Shown here: positions 46,485 through 57,298 of the stretch, piece after piece | Position numbering within the stretch: the stretch's first letter is position 1 | How the letters are laid out: every line of letters begins with the position of its first letter | Assembly: GCA_964642155.1 (NCBI GenBank) | Contig: CAZXNT010000004.1 | Coordinates: 2,040 to 66,039, forward strand | Direction: 5' to 3' | From: an uncultured Candidatus Saccharibacteria bacterium | GTDB lineage: Bacteria; Patescibacteriota; Minisyncoccia; UBA6257; UBA9933 | DNA length: 64,000 nt | Notes under the pieces: generated by a model | What the model saw: the letters and a program-made list of their open reading frames with translations, nothing else | Database searches by the model: none | What the model was told of the DNA's origin: nothing | Program-made: the position numbers and the translations under genes

Positions 46485-47702
46485 ATGAAAATGAAAGGTT
46501 TTACCCTCTTAGAACTTCTTGTTGTCATAGGCATATTGGCGATATTGGCATCAGTAGTAATTATAGTTCTAAATCCCGCTGAACTGATTAACTCCTCTAA
46601 GGACGCCAAAAGATTGTCAGAACTCAATACTCTTAATAAAACCCTGGCTTTATACCGTTTTGATAACACCTTGGGTTTTGGTTCGTCTTCATATGTTTAT
46701 CTCTCTATTCCCGACAGTAGTTCTAATTGTTCCAGTTATTCAGGTCTTTCTAATCCTCCTTCGGGATATACTTATATTTGTAAACCAGAATCAGAATATA
46801 GAAAAACAAACGGAACCGGCTGGATTCCCGTTGATTTCAGCAATATTTCCGCCGGAAATCCCTTATCTTCTCTTCCCGTTGACCCCGTCAACAACGAAGA
46901 ATTTCATTTTACTTATATTGTCTCGGGAGAAAATAACGATAATTGGGAACTTAATGCCAAACTCAAATCAGAATCAAAAAAACCTCTTGCCTTAAATGAA
47001 AAAGACGGAGGAGATGATAATAATAGATACGAATTAGGAGCTGTTCTTTCCGTAGTAAGCGCTGGATATCAGGCCACAGTAGCGGCAGAAGCCAATCTTG
47101 TTTCCTATTGGAAGATGGACAATAACTGGTTGGATAGCAAAAGCACAAATAATGGAACTGCTTATGGGGGGGTGACTTTTGGCACAGCCAAATACGGTAC
47201 CTATTCAGGAAGTTTTGACGGGACGGATGATTATGTAAATATGGGCGATCCTGACTCTCTTGATTTTACCACAAACATAACTGTAGAGGCCTGGATTAAA
47301 GAGACTGGTGTTCGTGATCCTAATGGTGTTGGGATCGTAACCAAGCACGATAGTGGTTGGAATGGATATGGCCTTAATTTTACTGATCCAAATAAAATCA
47401 TATTTTTTGTAGATTGGGGTTGGGACGGGAAGGAGGCATCAGCCACATTGGTTAATGACGGACAGTGGCATCATGTGGTTGGGACTTACAACGGGACTAC
47501 AATCAGAATTTTTGTGGATGGCGTTGAAGGGACGCCATACTCGTATTCAAATCCAATACCTCCTAATCCCAGTAATTTTATAATTGGCAATACTGATCTT
47601 CCAGGGCAAGATTTTTTTAACGGCCTTATCGACGAAGTCGCCATTTACAACACCGCTTTGTCGGCGGCGACAATTTCTTCTCATTACGCGGCTGGAATAT
47701 AG
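46485..47702 (+). CDS. Type IV pilin N-terminus fused to a LamG/concanavalin A-like domain
   Basis: KGFTLLELLVVI prepilin motif; LPVDPVN; SFDGTDDYV, WHHVVGTY and FNGLIDEVAIYNTALS. Confidence 0.9.
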   Translation: MKMKGFTLLELLVVIGILAILASVVIIVLNPAELINSSKDAKRLSELNTLNKTLALYRFDNTLGFGSSSYVYLSIPDSSSNCSSYSGLSNPPSGYTYICKPESEYRKTNGTGWIPVDFSNISAGNPLSSLPVDPVNNEEFHFTYIVSGENNDNWELNAKLKSESKKPLALNEKDGGDDNNRYELGAVLSVVSAGYQATVAAEANLVSYWKMDNNWLDSKSTNNGTAYGGVTFGTAKYGTYSGSFDGTDDYVNMGDPDSLDFTTNITVEAWIKETGVRDPNGVGIVTKHDSGWNGYGLNFTDPNKIIFFVDWGWDGKEASATLVNDGQWHHVVGTYNGTTIRIFVDGVEGTPYSYSNPIPPNPSNFIIGNTDLPGQDFFNGLIDEVAIYNTALSAATISSHYAAGI

Positions 47703-47714
47703 ATAAAAACATTT

Positions 47715-48314
47715 TTAAATTCTTCGTTCCAGCGCCGAAGATAAAGTTTGTTCATCGGCAAATTCTATTTCTCCGCCGGTCGGAATCCCGCGTCCCAAGC
47801 GGGTTATTTTTTTGGCAAAGCCGTTTAATTCTTTGGTGATAATTGAGGCGTTTAAATCGCCGTAAGTCGTGGGGTTAGTGGCGATTATAATTTCTTCGGC
47901 TTGGCCGTTTAATTCTTTATTTATAAAATTTTTAAGATTATTAAGGCGTAATTTTTCTTCGCTTTCTAAAATTCCGTTTTTAGACAATTCGCCAAGAATA
48001 AGATAACGGCCGTTGAATTTTTTCGGCCTTTCAAGAGAAATTAAGTCTGTCTCTTTTTCCACAATCATTATAATGTCTTTTTTGCGGTTGGGATTCTTGC
48101 AAATTTCGCAAAGCGCGTCGGCGTTTGAATGGATAAAAAAACAATTTGAACAAATTTTTAAATTTTTTAATTCATAAATCACTCTGGCAAGCTCTTCCAC
48201 TTTATTTTTTCCGCCACTAATCAATTTAAAAGCCAGCCGCGTTGCTTGGCGCGGTCCAATACCCGGAAGGCCGGAAAAGCTTTCAATAAAATTTTTAATC
48301 TGTTGAGGAAGCAT
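47715..48314 (-). CDS. recR: Recombination protein RecR
   Basis: LPGIGPRQATR, C4 zinc finger, TRLGRGIPTGGEIEFAD. Confidence 0.95.
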   Translation of the reverse strand: MLPQQIKNFIESFSGLPGIGPRQATRLAFKLISGGKNKVEELARVIYELKNLKICSNCFFIHSNADALCEICKNPNRKKDIIMIVEKETDLISLERPKKFNGRYLILGELSKNGILESEEKLRLNNLKNFINKELNGQAEEIIIATNPTTYGDLNASIITKELNGFAKKITRLGRGIPTGGEIEFADEQTLSSALERRI

Positions 48315-49645
48315 TAGTGCGTTTTATCAATCTGACTGAAGCTCACTTTTTCAGGGTCAAACTTTAATTGCACGGACCCAATCGGCCCGTTTCTGTGTTT
48401 GGCAATAATAATTTCCGCCATATTTTGTTCTTCAAGAGTCGGATTAAGCCTGTCGCGGTCTTTGCGGTAAATAAACATAACGACATCCGCATCTTGTTCC
48501 CACGAACCGGTTTCACGAAGGTCGGAAAGGCGGGGGATTTTAACTTCTCTTTGGTCAACCGCGCGATTCAGCTGGGAAACCGCCAGAATCGGCAGATTAA
48601 GTTCTCTTGCCAGCGCTTTTAATCCATGGCTGATTTCGGTGAATTGCTGAACCATATTTTCCGAATTGGTTCTCGGCATCACCAATTGAACATAATCAAT
48701 TATTATAAGCCCGAGATTTTTATTTTCGGCTTGTAGCCGCCTTGACATAGCCCTTAATTGAAGGATGTTCGGCGACGGCGTATCATCAATAAAAATTTGC
48801 AATTGGGATAATTTATCCAAAGCTTCTTGAATCATTTGGAACTCTATTTCATCGGTAAGACGGCCCGTGCGCAATCTCCACAGAGGGACTCTGGCTTCGG
48901 CGGCGATAAGTCTGTCAACAACTTGTTCGCGGGACATTTCAAGGGAGAATATTGCCACGGCGCTACCGGAAGCCGCCGCGTTGCGGGCCATATCAAGGAC
49001 AAGGGTCGTTTTTCCCACAGACGGTCTGGCGCCCAAAATTATCAAATCGGAATTTTGTAGCCCGGAAAGGTAATGGTCTATTTCATTGAACCCCGTTGTC
49101 ACTCCGCGCAATCTTTTTTCTCCCTGATGTAATTTTTCAATTCTTTCATAAGCGTCTTTAAGTTCGTCTTTTAATAAAACGAAATTTTTAAGGTTTGATT
49201 TTTGAGCGATAGAAAATATTATTTGTTCAATTTCATCAAGTATGCTGTCGGAATCTTTTTGGCTGCCAAAAACTTTTTCGGCTATCTCGCTAGAAGTCGT
49301 GATTAAATCACGCAAAACTTTTTTATCGCGAATAATCTTAGCGTAATGGGCGATATGAGTTGCCGTCGGCACACCGCTGATAAGTTCCGATAAATAAGTT
49401 GAGCCACCGATATCATTTAATTGCTTTTTGTTTTTTAATTTATTGGTAACACTTAATATGTCTATCGGCTCGTTTTTATTAAAAAGTTCATAAATTGAAT
49501 TAAAAATTTTTGAATGGGACGGCTGGTAAAAATCTTCAGACGTTATTAAATCTGCTATCTTTATGATGGCGTTTTTATCAAGCATTAAAGCTCCCAAAAC
49601 GGAGCGTTCAGCTTCTATGTCCTGCGGGGGTAATTTCAGATCCAT
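48314..49645 (-). CDS. dnaB: Replicative DNA helicase
   Basis: GARPSVGKT, IDYVQL, SQLNR, EQDAD and KHRNGP motifs. Confidence 0.96.
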   Translation of the reverse strand: MDLKLPPQDIEAERSVLGALMLDKNAIIKIADLITSEDFYQPSHSKIFNSIYELFNKNEPIDILSVTNKLKNKKQLNDIGGSTYLSELISGVPTATHIAHYAKIIRDKKVLRDLITTSSEIAEKVFGSQKDSDSILDEIEQIIFSIAQKSNLKNFVLLKDELKDAYERIEKLHQGEKRLRGVTTGFNEIDHYLSGLQNSDLIILGARPSVGKTTLVLDMARNAAASGSAVAIFSLEMSREQVVDRLIAAEARVPLWRLRTGRLTDEIEFQMIQEALDKLSQLQIFIDDTPSPNILQLRAMSRRLQAENKNLGLIIIDYVQLVMPRTNSENMVQQFTEISHGLKALARELNLPILAVSQLNRAVDQREVKIPRLSDLRETGSWEQDADVVMFIYRKDRDRLNPTLEEQNMAEIIIAKHRNGPIGSVQLKFDPEKVSFSQIDKTH

Positions 49646-51065
49646 TGGGTGTGTCTTTTATGTTATATCCTAACTTTTCAATTTGTTTCCGCAAGAGGTC
49701 GGCGGGGATAAACTGTTTATTAGCTCTTAATTTCTCGCGTTGAGCCGCCAATCCCTTTATTTTTTGAGGTATTTTTACTGGTTTTATTTTGATGCCGAAA
49801 ATACCCAATTTTTCGTTAATAAATCGGCTCGCGGCTTTGGCTTGAGCGGGATTAATTCGCCATATTTTATCTTGAAGCGAAGCGATTAAATTAAAAATAA
49901 CCGCTAATGCTTTTGGCGTGTTAAAATCATCATCCATCGCCTCGTTAAATTTTTTATCGTATTGTTTGACGTTAATTTTCATTCCTAGTCCCTGTTTACT
50001 AGCGCCTGATGCCTTTTTTAGTTTCCATAAAAATTCTTCTATGGTTTGAATTGAGTTTTGAGCATTAACAGCAAGGTTCTTATTATAATCAACGGGCGAA
50101 CGATAATGATGTGAGAGAATAATAAATCTTAAAATCTCGGGCGGATATTTTTTTAAAAAGTCCCTGATAGTGATAAAATTTCCTAAACTCTTGGACATTT
50201 TTTCTCCGTTAACCAAAAGGAAACCAGTATGGAGCCAGATTTTGACAAAAGGTTTTTTTCCGGAAGCCGCTTCTTGCTGGGCGATTTCCGATTCATGATG
50301 GGGGAATTTCAAATCAATTGCGCCGCCGTGCAAGTCATATTGATGGCCGAAATATTTTTCGCTGATTGCCGTATCCTCAATGTGCCAACCGGGCCGACCC
50401 GAACCCCAAGGCGATAACCATGACGGTTCGCTATTAATCGTTTGTTTCTTTATTTTCGGATTTTTTCGTAGATTCGGATGCGATTCGGATTGTTCGGATT
50501 GCTCTGAAAATTTCCACAAACAAAAATCGCCCTTATTTCTTTTCTCTCTCGTGTCGTCTATTCTTGAAACCGCGTCTTCGGCTTGAGAAATGGTTCTTCT
50601 TGATAATTTTCCGTAGTCATAAAATTTTGAAATGTCGTAATAAATACCATCGCTTATTTCATAAGCAAAGCCCTTTCCCATCAATTTTTTAACTTGGTTT
50701 ACGACTTCTTTTATATGGCCGGTTGCTTTGGCGTATTTATTTACGCTGTCCACGTTCAAAACTTTCATATCTTTCATATATTCTTTTTCAAAATTCACGC
50801 TCAGTTTTTTCCAGGGGATTTTTTTCTCTTTCGCGCGGTTGATTATTTTATCGTCAATATCGGTAATATTTTGAAGATAAAAAATTTTATGCCCTTGGGA
50901 ACGGAGATATTTTACCATAATGTCAAAAGCGATATAAGTTCTGGCGTGGCCGATGTGGGAATAATCGTAAACCGTGGGCCCGCAGACGAATAATTTTAAA
51001 GGGCCTCGGCGAGGAAATTTGAGGATTTCTTTTTTGGCGCTAAATGTGTTGAAGATTTTGAGCAT
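49608..51065 (-). CDS. cysS: Cysteine--tRNA ligase
   Basis: [21 protein letters not shown] and KMSKSLGN motifs. Confidence 0.96.
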   Translation of the reverse strand: MLKIFNTFSAKKEILKFPRRGPLKLFVCGPTVYDYSHIGHARTYIAFDIMVKYLRSQGHKIFYLQNITDIDDKIINRAKEKKIPWKKLSVNFEKEYMKDMKVLNVDSVNKYAKATGHIKEVVNQVKKLMGKGFAYEISDGIYYDISKFYDYGKLSRRTISQAEDAVSRIDDTREKRNKGDFCLWKFSEQSEQSESHPNLRKNPKIKKQTINSEPSWLSPWGSGRPGWHIEDTAISEKYFGHQYDLHGGAIDLKFPHHESEIAQQEAASGKKPFVKIWLHTGFLLVNGEKMSKSLGNFITIRDFLKKYPPEILRFIILSHHYRSPVDYNKNLAVNAQNSIQTIEEFLWKLKKASGASKQGLGMKINVKQYDKKFNEAMDDDFNTPKALAVIFNLIASLQDKIWRINPAQAKAASRFINEKLGIFGIKIKPVKIPQKIKGLAAQREKLRANKQFIPADLLRKQIEKLGYNIKDTPNGSEITPAGHRS

Positions 51066-51082
51066 TGATTTGATTATAAAAA

Positions 51083-51530
51083 TTATTCTTCAATTTGTCC
51101 ATATTTAATAAAAAGGGCCCCCATCAATGATGTTGGGGGACCCGTGAGTTGTTCAAGTGGCAAACGCAGGATGTCTGGGAAAAGGCGAGGGACAGAATTG
51201 ATAGTTCTCTGCCGCGGGAAGAAATGTCGGTTTGCCCGGTATAAAACCGCTTGGGTTACCCGAATTGTTTTCACATTCCCGAAAGACGAAATGAGTCGCT
51301 CCTTTCGGTATTTTGTAGAAGCGTTTACTTCGTCTTCCACATCCTTCAAAATCAGACGAGTAAGAGGAATTATAGTGGCTGTATCGGCCACTATAAACGC
51401 CGATATGGGTTATTATTGGTAGCGGTTTGTGAGGTGGCAACGTAGTGCTGGGAATGGCGTAAATTTTATGCGGGGCGATTTCTATTTTTTGCGGCAATAC
51501 TTTAATTAACTGAAAATCAGGATTATTCAT
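51083..51530 (-). CDS. Hypothetical gene, possibly frameshifted (ORFs 51153-51530 and 51083-51391)
   Basis: Strong AAGGAGG RBS before ATG 51530; two overlapping same-strand ORFs in different frames. Confidence 0.35.
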
Positions 51531-51675
51531 CTTTACCTCCTTTCTTTTTTGAAGTTATTTATATTTAACGCATTATTAAAAGGTACTGCTTATTAAGATA
51601 ATATATAAATATATTTATGTCAAGACGTTGAATCTATAATCTTGACACTCTAAAATTTTTTAATATAATTATAAA

Positions 51676-52206
51676 ATGTCCGATAATCCAGAAGATAAAA
51701 ATAAAAAAGAAGAAGTTGAGGAAGAGTCGGCTATGGTTGGTGAAACTGATTTGGGAAAATATCAAAAAGAACGCGATGAGTATCTTGATGGTTGGAAACG
51801 GGCGAAAGCGGATTTGATAAATTACAAAAAAGATGAGGCAAAACGTTTTGAAACAATTGCGAAATTTTCTCAGGAAATAATTATCAGGGATTTAATAACG
51901 GTTTTGGATAGTTTTGACCTCGCTTTGGCGGCGCTTGAAAGGGAAAATGGGGCGGAAAATGATTCGGCAAGGCTCACTATAAAAGGAGTTTACCTAATAA
52001 GGACGCAACTGGAAGATATTTTGAAGCAGAACGGATTAGAGAGAGTTATTATTTCCGTTGGCCAACCATTTGACCCGTCTTTGCAGGAAGCGATTGTAAG
52101 CGTTGATTCCGACCAACTAAGCGGGACTATTATTGAAGAAGTGGAAAGAGGATATTTATTACACGGCAAGTTGGTGAGGCCGGCAAGAGTAAAAGTCGCA
52201 AAATAA
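51676..52206 (+). CDS. grpE: Nucleotide exchange factor GrpE
   Basis: [19 protein letters not shown] and [16 protein letters not shown] motifs. Confidence 0.95.
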   Translation: MSDNPEDKNKKEEVEEESAMVGETDLGKYQKERDEYLDGWKRAKADLINYKKDEAKRFETIAKFSQEIIIRDLITVLDSFDLALAALERENGAENDSARLTIKGVYLIRTQLEDILKQNGLERVIISVGQPFDPSLQEAIVSVDSDQLSGTIIEEVERGYLLHGKLVRPARVKVAK

Positions 52207-52235
52207 AATTTAAATTATTATTAATATATAAAATT

Positions 52236-54095
52236 ATGAAAATATTAGGCATAGATTTAGGAACAACAAATTCAGCGATGGCGGTTATTGAAGCCGGTGA
52301 GCCGAAAATTTTAGAAAATCATGAGGGCAATCGTACTACGCCGTCAGTGGCTTCATTAAGCAAAACCAATGAACGATTAGTCGGTCTTTTGGCTAAACGC
52401 CAGTCGGTCGTTAATCCAAAGAACACGATTTCTTCAGTAAAGCGTCTTATCGGCAGAAATTTTGACGACCAAGAAGTCCAAAAAGATAAAGCATGGTTTC
52501 CTTTTGATATTCAAAAATCTTCAACTGGCGGTGTTGAAGTTAAGATGGGTGATAAATGGTATAAACCCGAAGAAATTTCCGCTATGGTACTCGCGAAATT
52601 AAAAGCCGATGCTGAAGCGAAATTGGGAGAAAAAATTGAAGAAGCGGTAATTACCGTGCCGGCTTATTTTGACGATTCTCAAAGACAAGCTACGAAAAAT
52701 GCCGGAGAAATTGCTGGTCTTAAAGTTCGCAGAATTATCAATGAACCGACAGCCGCAGCTTTGGCTTACGGTTTAAATCGCCAGAAAAACGAAAAAATCG
52801 TCGTCTATGATTTCGGCGGCGGAACTTTTGATATTTCAATTTTGGAAGTCGGCGACGATGTCGTGGAAGTTAAAGGAACGGGCGGCGACACTCATCTTGG
52901 CGGAGACGATTTTGACAAGAAAATAATTGAATTTTTAGTCGGGGAATACAAAAAACAGGAAGGGATTGATATTTCCAAAGACCCATTGGCGCTTCAACGG
53001 TTGAAAGAGGCGGCCGAGCGCGCCAAACATGAACTTTCAACGGCGTTTGATACGGAAATTAATTTGCCGTATATCACTTCCGACGCATCCGGACCGAAAC
53101 ATTTTGTTATAAAAATGACACGCGCCAAACTTGAAGAGCTTGTCAGCGAAGATATTAAACGTTCAATTGATTTGACAAAAAAAGCCGTGGAGGAAGCGGG
53201 ATTAAAAATTTCCGATATTAATGAAATTGTGCTTGTGGGCGGACAAACAAGAATGCCGGCCATTCAGGAGGCGGTTAAAAAATTATTCAATAAAGAACCG
53301 CATAAAGGAATTAATCCCGATGAAGTTGTGGCGGCCGGAGCTGCGGTGCAAGCCGGAATTTTCCAAGGCGATGTTAAAGATATTCTTCTTCTTGATGTAA
53401 CGCCGCTTAGTTTAGGAATTGAAACTTTTGGCGGAGTTTTCACGCCTCTTATAGAAAAAAATACGACTATTCCAACTTCAAAATCACAAGTGTTTTCAAC
53501 TGCGGCGGATAGTCAAACTTCGGTTGAGATTCATATTTTACAAGGAGAAAGGTCAATGGCAGCCGATAATAAAACATTGGGTAGATTTATATTAGATGGC
53601 ATTCCGCCGTCGCCGCGCGGTATTCCGCAAATTGAAGTGATTTTTGACATTGATGCCAATGGAATTTTAAGCGTTTCCGCCAAAGATAAAGCCACTAGTA
53701 AAACTCAAACAGTCCGCATAGAAGCTTCAACACAGCTCTCAAAAGATGAAATAGAAAAGCTTAAACAAGAGGCCGTGGCGCACGCGGAAGAAGATAAAAA
53801 GAAAAAAGAATTAGTTGAAACGAAAAATATCGCCGAACAAGCCGTTTATATGGCGGAAAAATCATTAAACGAAGCCGGCGATAAAGTTTCGCAGGAAATT
53901 AAAGACGCTATTAACGCAAAAATTACTGATTTGAAATCCGTTAAAGACGGACAGGATATTGAAGCGATAAAATCAAAAACAGCGGAACTTTCAGCCGAAC
54001 TTCAAAAAATAGGCGCGGCGCTCTATAATAAACAGGAGGATAATAAACAAGAGGATAAAAAAGATGATGGAGAACAACAGCAGCAAAATAGTTAG
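52236..54095 (+). CDS. dnaK: Chaperone DnaK
   Basis: [15 protein letters not shown] and DFGGGTFD motifs. Confidence 0.98.
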   Translation: MKILGIDLGTTNSAMAVIEAGEPKILENHEGNRTTPSVASLSKTNERLVGLLAKRQSVVNPKNTISSVKRLIGRNFDDQEVQKDKAWFPFDIQKSSTGGVEVKMGDKWYKPEEISAMVLAKLKADAEAKLGEKIEEAVITVPAYFDDSQRQATKNAGEIAGLKVRRIINEPTAAALAYGLNRQKNEKIVVYDFGGGTFDISILEVGDDVVEVKGTGGDTHLGGDDFDKKIIEFLVGEYKKQEGIDISKDPLALQRLKEAAERAKHELSTAFDTEINLPYITSDASGPKHFVIKMTRAKLEELVSEDIKRSIDLTKKAVEEAGLKISDINEIVLVGGQTRMPAIQEAVKKLFNKEPHKGINPDEVVAAGAAVQAGIFQGDVKDILLLDVTPLSLGIETFGGVFTPLIEKNTTIPTSKSQVFSTAADSQTSVEIHILQGERSMAADNKTLGRFILDGIPPSPRGIPQIEVIFDIDANGILSVSAKDKATSKTQTVRIEASTQLSKDEIEKLKQEAVAHAEEDKKKKELVETKNIAEQAVYMAEKSLNEAGDKVSQEIKDAINAKITDLKSVKDGQDIEAIKSKTAELSAELQKIGAALYNKQEDNKQEDKKDDGEQQQQNS

Positions 54096-55068
54096 CGATT
54101 CGGTGGATGTTGACAGGTCAATACTTAAAATCGCCGTTTTGGCGGTTTTTAGCGTTGTTTCTCTTTCCGCTTTCGGATATTTTTTTAAATTGTTTTTTCA
54201 AAGCGGCGAAGAAAAACTTCTTTTAATATCAGGATTATCTGCAATTATTTTTCTGATATTTTTTACACTGCAAACTTTATTTATTAAAAGTTTAAAAATC
54301 AGTTCTTTGATGATTTTTTTGAGTTGTGTCGGATTAGCAGCCGTTTTTTACGACATTGCAAATTCCGCTATATTAATAGGAATCGCGTTGGTTTTTCTGG
54401 CATTATTTTTCAGCAACCTTAATGGCGTCAGAGAATTAAGAAATTCTCTTAAAATAAGTTTTTGGAAAATAAATAAAACTGTTTTACCTAAAGCGATTGC
54501 AGCAATATTTTTATTTATAAGCATAATTTATATTTACGGCGGTTCAAAGACAAATGGAGAATTTTTTATTTCCCAGCAAAATTTTGAGAAAATAGTTTTG
54601 TCGCCTTCAATGATTATGGTACAGAGATTTTATCCTGAAATTAATACATCGCTGACCATCAACGAATTAGCCGTTAATTTAGCCAAGAAACAGATAGGGG
54701 AAAGTTCTGAATTAAATGTTCTGCCATTAACAGTGAAAAAAACAATGGTTAATCAGGCAGCTGCTGAATTAGAAAAACAAATTGCCGGATTTTTAAGCAT
54801 TTCCAAATCTGCCGGCAAAAAGTCAACGATTAGCGAGGCGATTTATGAAGCATTAAAAAATAAATTTAACACTTTTCCGGAAAATATTAAATCTTTGATT
54901 TTAATCGGTGTTGTTTTGACTATTTTCTTGACTCTTGAAGTTTTAGCCTTGCCAATTCGTTTGATAATTTCTTTTTTGGCGTTTATAGTTTATGAAATTC
55001 TTTTGGCATTCGGCTTCGCGAATATAGAATTGGAAGGAAAAAGCAAGGAAATAATAATATTAAAATAG
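54064..55068 (+). CDS. Hypothetical multi-TM membrane protein
   Basis: Multiple hydrophobic helices; lies between dnaK and dnaJ. Confidence 0.7.
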   Translation: MMENNSSKIVSDSVDVDRSILKIAVLAVFSVVSLSAFGYFFKLFFQSGEEKLLLISGLSAIIFLIFFTLQTLFIKSLKISSLMIFLSCVGLAAVFYDIANSAILIGIALVFLALFFSNLNGVRELRNSLKISFWKINKTVLPKAIAAIFLFISIIYIYGGSKTNGEFFISQQNFEKIVLSPSMIMVQRFYPEINTSLTINELAVNLAKKQIGESSELNVLPLTVKKTMVNQAAAELEKQIAGFLSISKSAGKKSTISEAIYEALKNKFNTFPENIKSLILIGVVLTIFLTLEVLALPIRLIISFLAFIVYEILLAFGFANIELEGKSKEIIILK

Positions 55069-55072
55069 AAAG

Positions 55073-56191
55073 ATGTCTGATTATTACAAAATTCTCGGTA
55101 TAAATAAGGGAGCGTCGGATGAAGAAATCAAGAAAGCTTTCAGGAAATTGGCGCATCAGTATCATCCGGACAAAAAAGGCGGCGATGAAAAAAAATTCAA
55201 AGAAATAGCGGCAGCTTACGCGATTTTGTCGGATAAAAATAAACGCGAACAGTATGATAAATACGGCAGGGTTTTTGATGGACAGCAATCTAACGGAGGC
55301 GCCGGGCCCTTTGGTTCCGGTTTTGGCTTTTCTGCCGGAGGCGGACCAGCCTCTGGCTTTGAATTTGACCCGTCGGCTTTCAATGATTTCACTGACCTGG
55401 GAGATATTTTCAGCGCATTTTTTGAAGGAATAGGGGTTAGACAAAAAAGACGCACTTATCATCGCGGGGCGGATATTGAAATTATTCAGGAAATAACGCT
55501 TGAAGAAGCGTTTTACGGAGTTAAAAAAGAATTAAAATACAATATTGCCGTTGGTTGCGTCAAATGCGGCGGTAAGGGATATGACCAAAAAGAAGGTTTT
55601 GAAAAATGTTCTGTTTGCGGCGGCAGTGGGGAAATAAAAGAAGCGAGAAATACTTTTTTCGGCAATTTTTCCCAGATTAAACAATGTAAAGAATGTTTTG
55701 GTAGCGGGCAAATTCCAAAAAAATCTTGTGTTGAATGCCGTGGCAAAGGCATAATTTCCGGCAATCGCGACATCAAAGTAGAAATATTGTCCGGAGTTAT
55801 GGATAGCCAATTTATAAAAATAACCGGCGCCGGCGAAGCCGGAGAGCGAGGAGCCGGAACAGGAGATCTTTATGTCAGGATAAAAATCAAACCGCATTCT
55901 GTTTTTAGCAGGCGCGGGAATGATTTGTTTATCAGAAAAGAAGTAAAATTGATTGATATTTTTTTGGGAGAAAAAATTGAAATACCGATGATTTCCGGAG
56001 AAAAAATCAGCGTTGAAATTCCTGAAAATTTTGACTTGAAAAACGATTTAATCGTTCCGAAACAGGGAATGCCGATTTTCAGTTCGTCCAATCGAGGTAA
56101 TTTAGTCGTTGAATTTAAAATCAAAACCCCTAAAAAACCAAACGCTAAGGCAAAAAAAATTCTGGACGATTTTAAAAAAGAAATTGACTGA
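55073..56191 (+). CDS. dnaJ: Chaperone DnaJ
   Basis: J domain with HPD, G/F region and four CxxCxGxG repeats. Confidence 0.96.
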   Translation: MSDYYKILGINKGASDEEIKKAFRKLAHQYHPDKKGGDEKKFKEIAAAYAILSDKNKREQYDKYGRVFDGQQSNGGAGPFGSGFGFSAGGGPASGFEFDPSAFNDFTDLGDIFSAFFEGIGVRQKRRTYHRGADIEIIQEITLEEAFYGVKKELKYNIAVGCVKCGGKGYDQKEGFEKCSVCGGSGEIKEARNTFFGNFSQIKQCKECFGSGQIPKKSCVECRGKGIISGNRDIKVEILSGVMDSQFIKITGAGEAGERGAGTGDLYVRIKIKPHSVFSRRGNDLFIRKEVKLIDIFLGEKIEIPMISGEKISVEIPENFDLKNDLIVPKQGMPIFSSSNRGNLVVEFKIKTPKKPNAKAKKILDDFKKEID

Positions 56192-56203
56192 ATAATAAAA
56201 ACG

Positions 56204-56240
56204 CCCCGCAAAGCGGGGTTTACCACTAAGCTATGGGAGC
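56204..56240 (-). pseudogene. 5' fragment of tRNA-Lys capped by a CCCCGCAAAGCGGGG hairpin
   Basis: Minus strand GCTCCCATAGCTTAGTGGTAAA is identical to the 5' end of the intact tRNA-Lys. Confidence 0.8.
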
Positions 56241-56245
56241 GGCAC

Positions 56246-56500
56246 TTAGATTTCTTTTGTCGCATTATGCCACGCTTTAAGAGCTTCGCTGGATTTTTTT
56301 ATAGCCTCATCCATTAAAGAAGCGTATTTCTTAAATATAATCCTTCCTTCTTCTGTTTTATCCGGCGCACTAATAAGAATTTTATTAATTTCTTTCGCTA
56401 TTGTATCTACTTCGCTCATTGCGGCTTGCCATTCTTTATATTTTTGGCCCCCTAAATTTTCTTGAGCCGAACTTTTTTCTTTATTGGGTTGTTCACTCAT
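56246..56500 (-). CDS. Hypothetical protein
   Basis: ATG at 56500 (MSEQPN...), helical ORF between tRNA-Lys fragments. Confidence 0.5.
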   Translation of the reverse strand: MSEQPNKEKSSAQENLGGQKYKEWQAAMSEVDTIAKEINKILISAPDKTEEGRIIFKKYASLMDEAIKKSSEALKAWHNATKEI

Positions 56501-56522
56501 AATTTTGATAATTATTATTTTA

Positions 56523-56949
56523 TGCTCCCACAAGGAATCAGTCCCTGGGTTCTAGCTGTGCTCGTCCTGCTTCGCAAGACTGCGCTCAGAGAACCCTTCG
56601 ATTCCTTGTAAAAATACAATAAAATATAAATATCAAAATAAATTTAATATTTATATTTTATATTTTGTGCTCCCACAAGGAATCGAACCTTGATCAATTG
56701 CTTAAAAGGCAACTGCTTTACCACTAAGCTATGGGAGCGTATTTTATTAGTTCTTTAATATTATAACCTCCTTTTTCAATATTGGAAGTTGAGCCAATAT
56801 AATTTTTTTTATATCTATCACTTTTTATAATATAAGCATAATACTTCATAAGTCAATTAAATCCATGTAATTGACTTAAAAGTCCCGCAAAGCGGGGTTT
56901 ACCACTAAGCCCCGTTTCACGGGACCCCGTTTTGCGGGGCTATAGGAGC
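56523..56949 (-). pseudogene. Fragmented outer tRNA-Lys enclosing the intact tRNA-Lys
   Basis: 5' piece 56949-56898 interrupted by hairpins; 3' piece GATTCCTTGTGGGAGCA at 56539-56523. Confidence 0.72.
56668..56738 (-). tRNA. tRNA-Lys (TTT)
   Basis: GCTCCCA/TGGGAGC acceptor, loop CTTTTAA. Confidence 0.92.
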
Positions 56950-56952
56950 GTG

Positions 56953-57227
56953 TGCCCAGGGGGAGAGTCGAACTCCCATGCCTTGCGGCACGCGATTTTG
57001 CCTGCCCCGTACCGAGCTTTGCTCTGGCGCGGGGAGTCATGCGCGCCCCGCACTAAATTTTGTTTTGTGGCCAGGGAGGGATTTGAACCCTCACGCCCTT
57101 GCGAGCAATGGATTTTGAGTCCATATTGTCTGCCAATTCCAACACCTGGCCATTTATTTAATTATTAAGAAACAAAATTAGTGCGGGGTAAATCTGCCTC
57201 CGCCAGCTGGCGGACCGCCACCCGGGC
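56953..57227 (-). pseudogene. Fragmented outer tRNA-Leu (CAA) with three insertions, one holding the intact tRNA-Leu(CAA)
   Basis: Removing inserts 57194-57214, 57046-57188 and 57001-57034 restores GCCCGGG...CT-CAA-AA...variable arm...GTTCGACT...CCTGGGCA. Confidence 0.85.
57068..57151 (-). tRNA. tRNA-Leu (CAA)
   Basis: GGCCAGG/CCTGGCC acceptor, loop CTCAAAA, variable arm. Confidence 0.9.
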
Positions 57228-57298
57228 ATAAATAATTAAAAATAACTGGGCATAACTTAGTTATTGATAATATCAAAATTTTATTTTATAGTAAAGAT

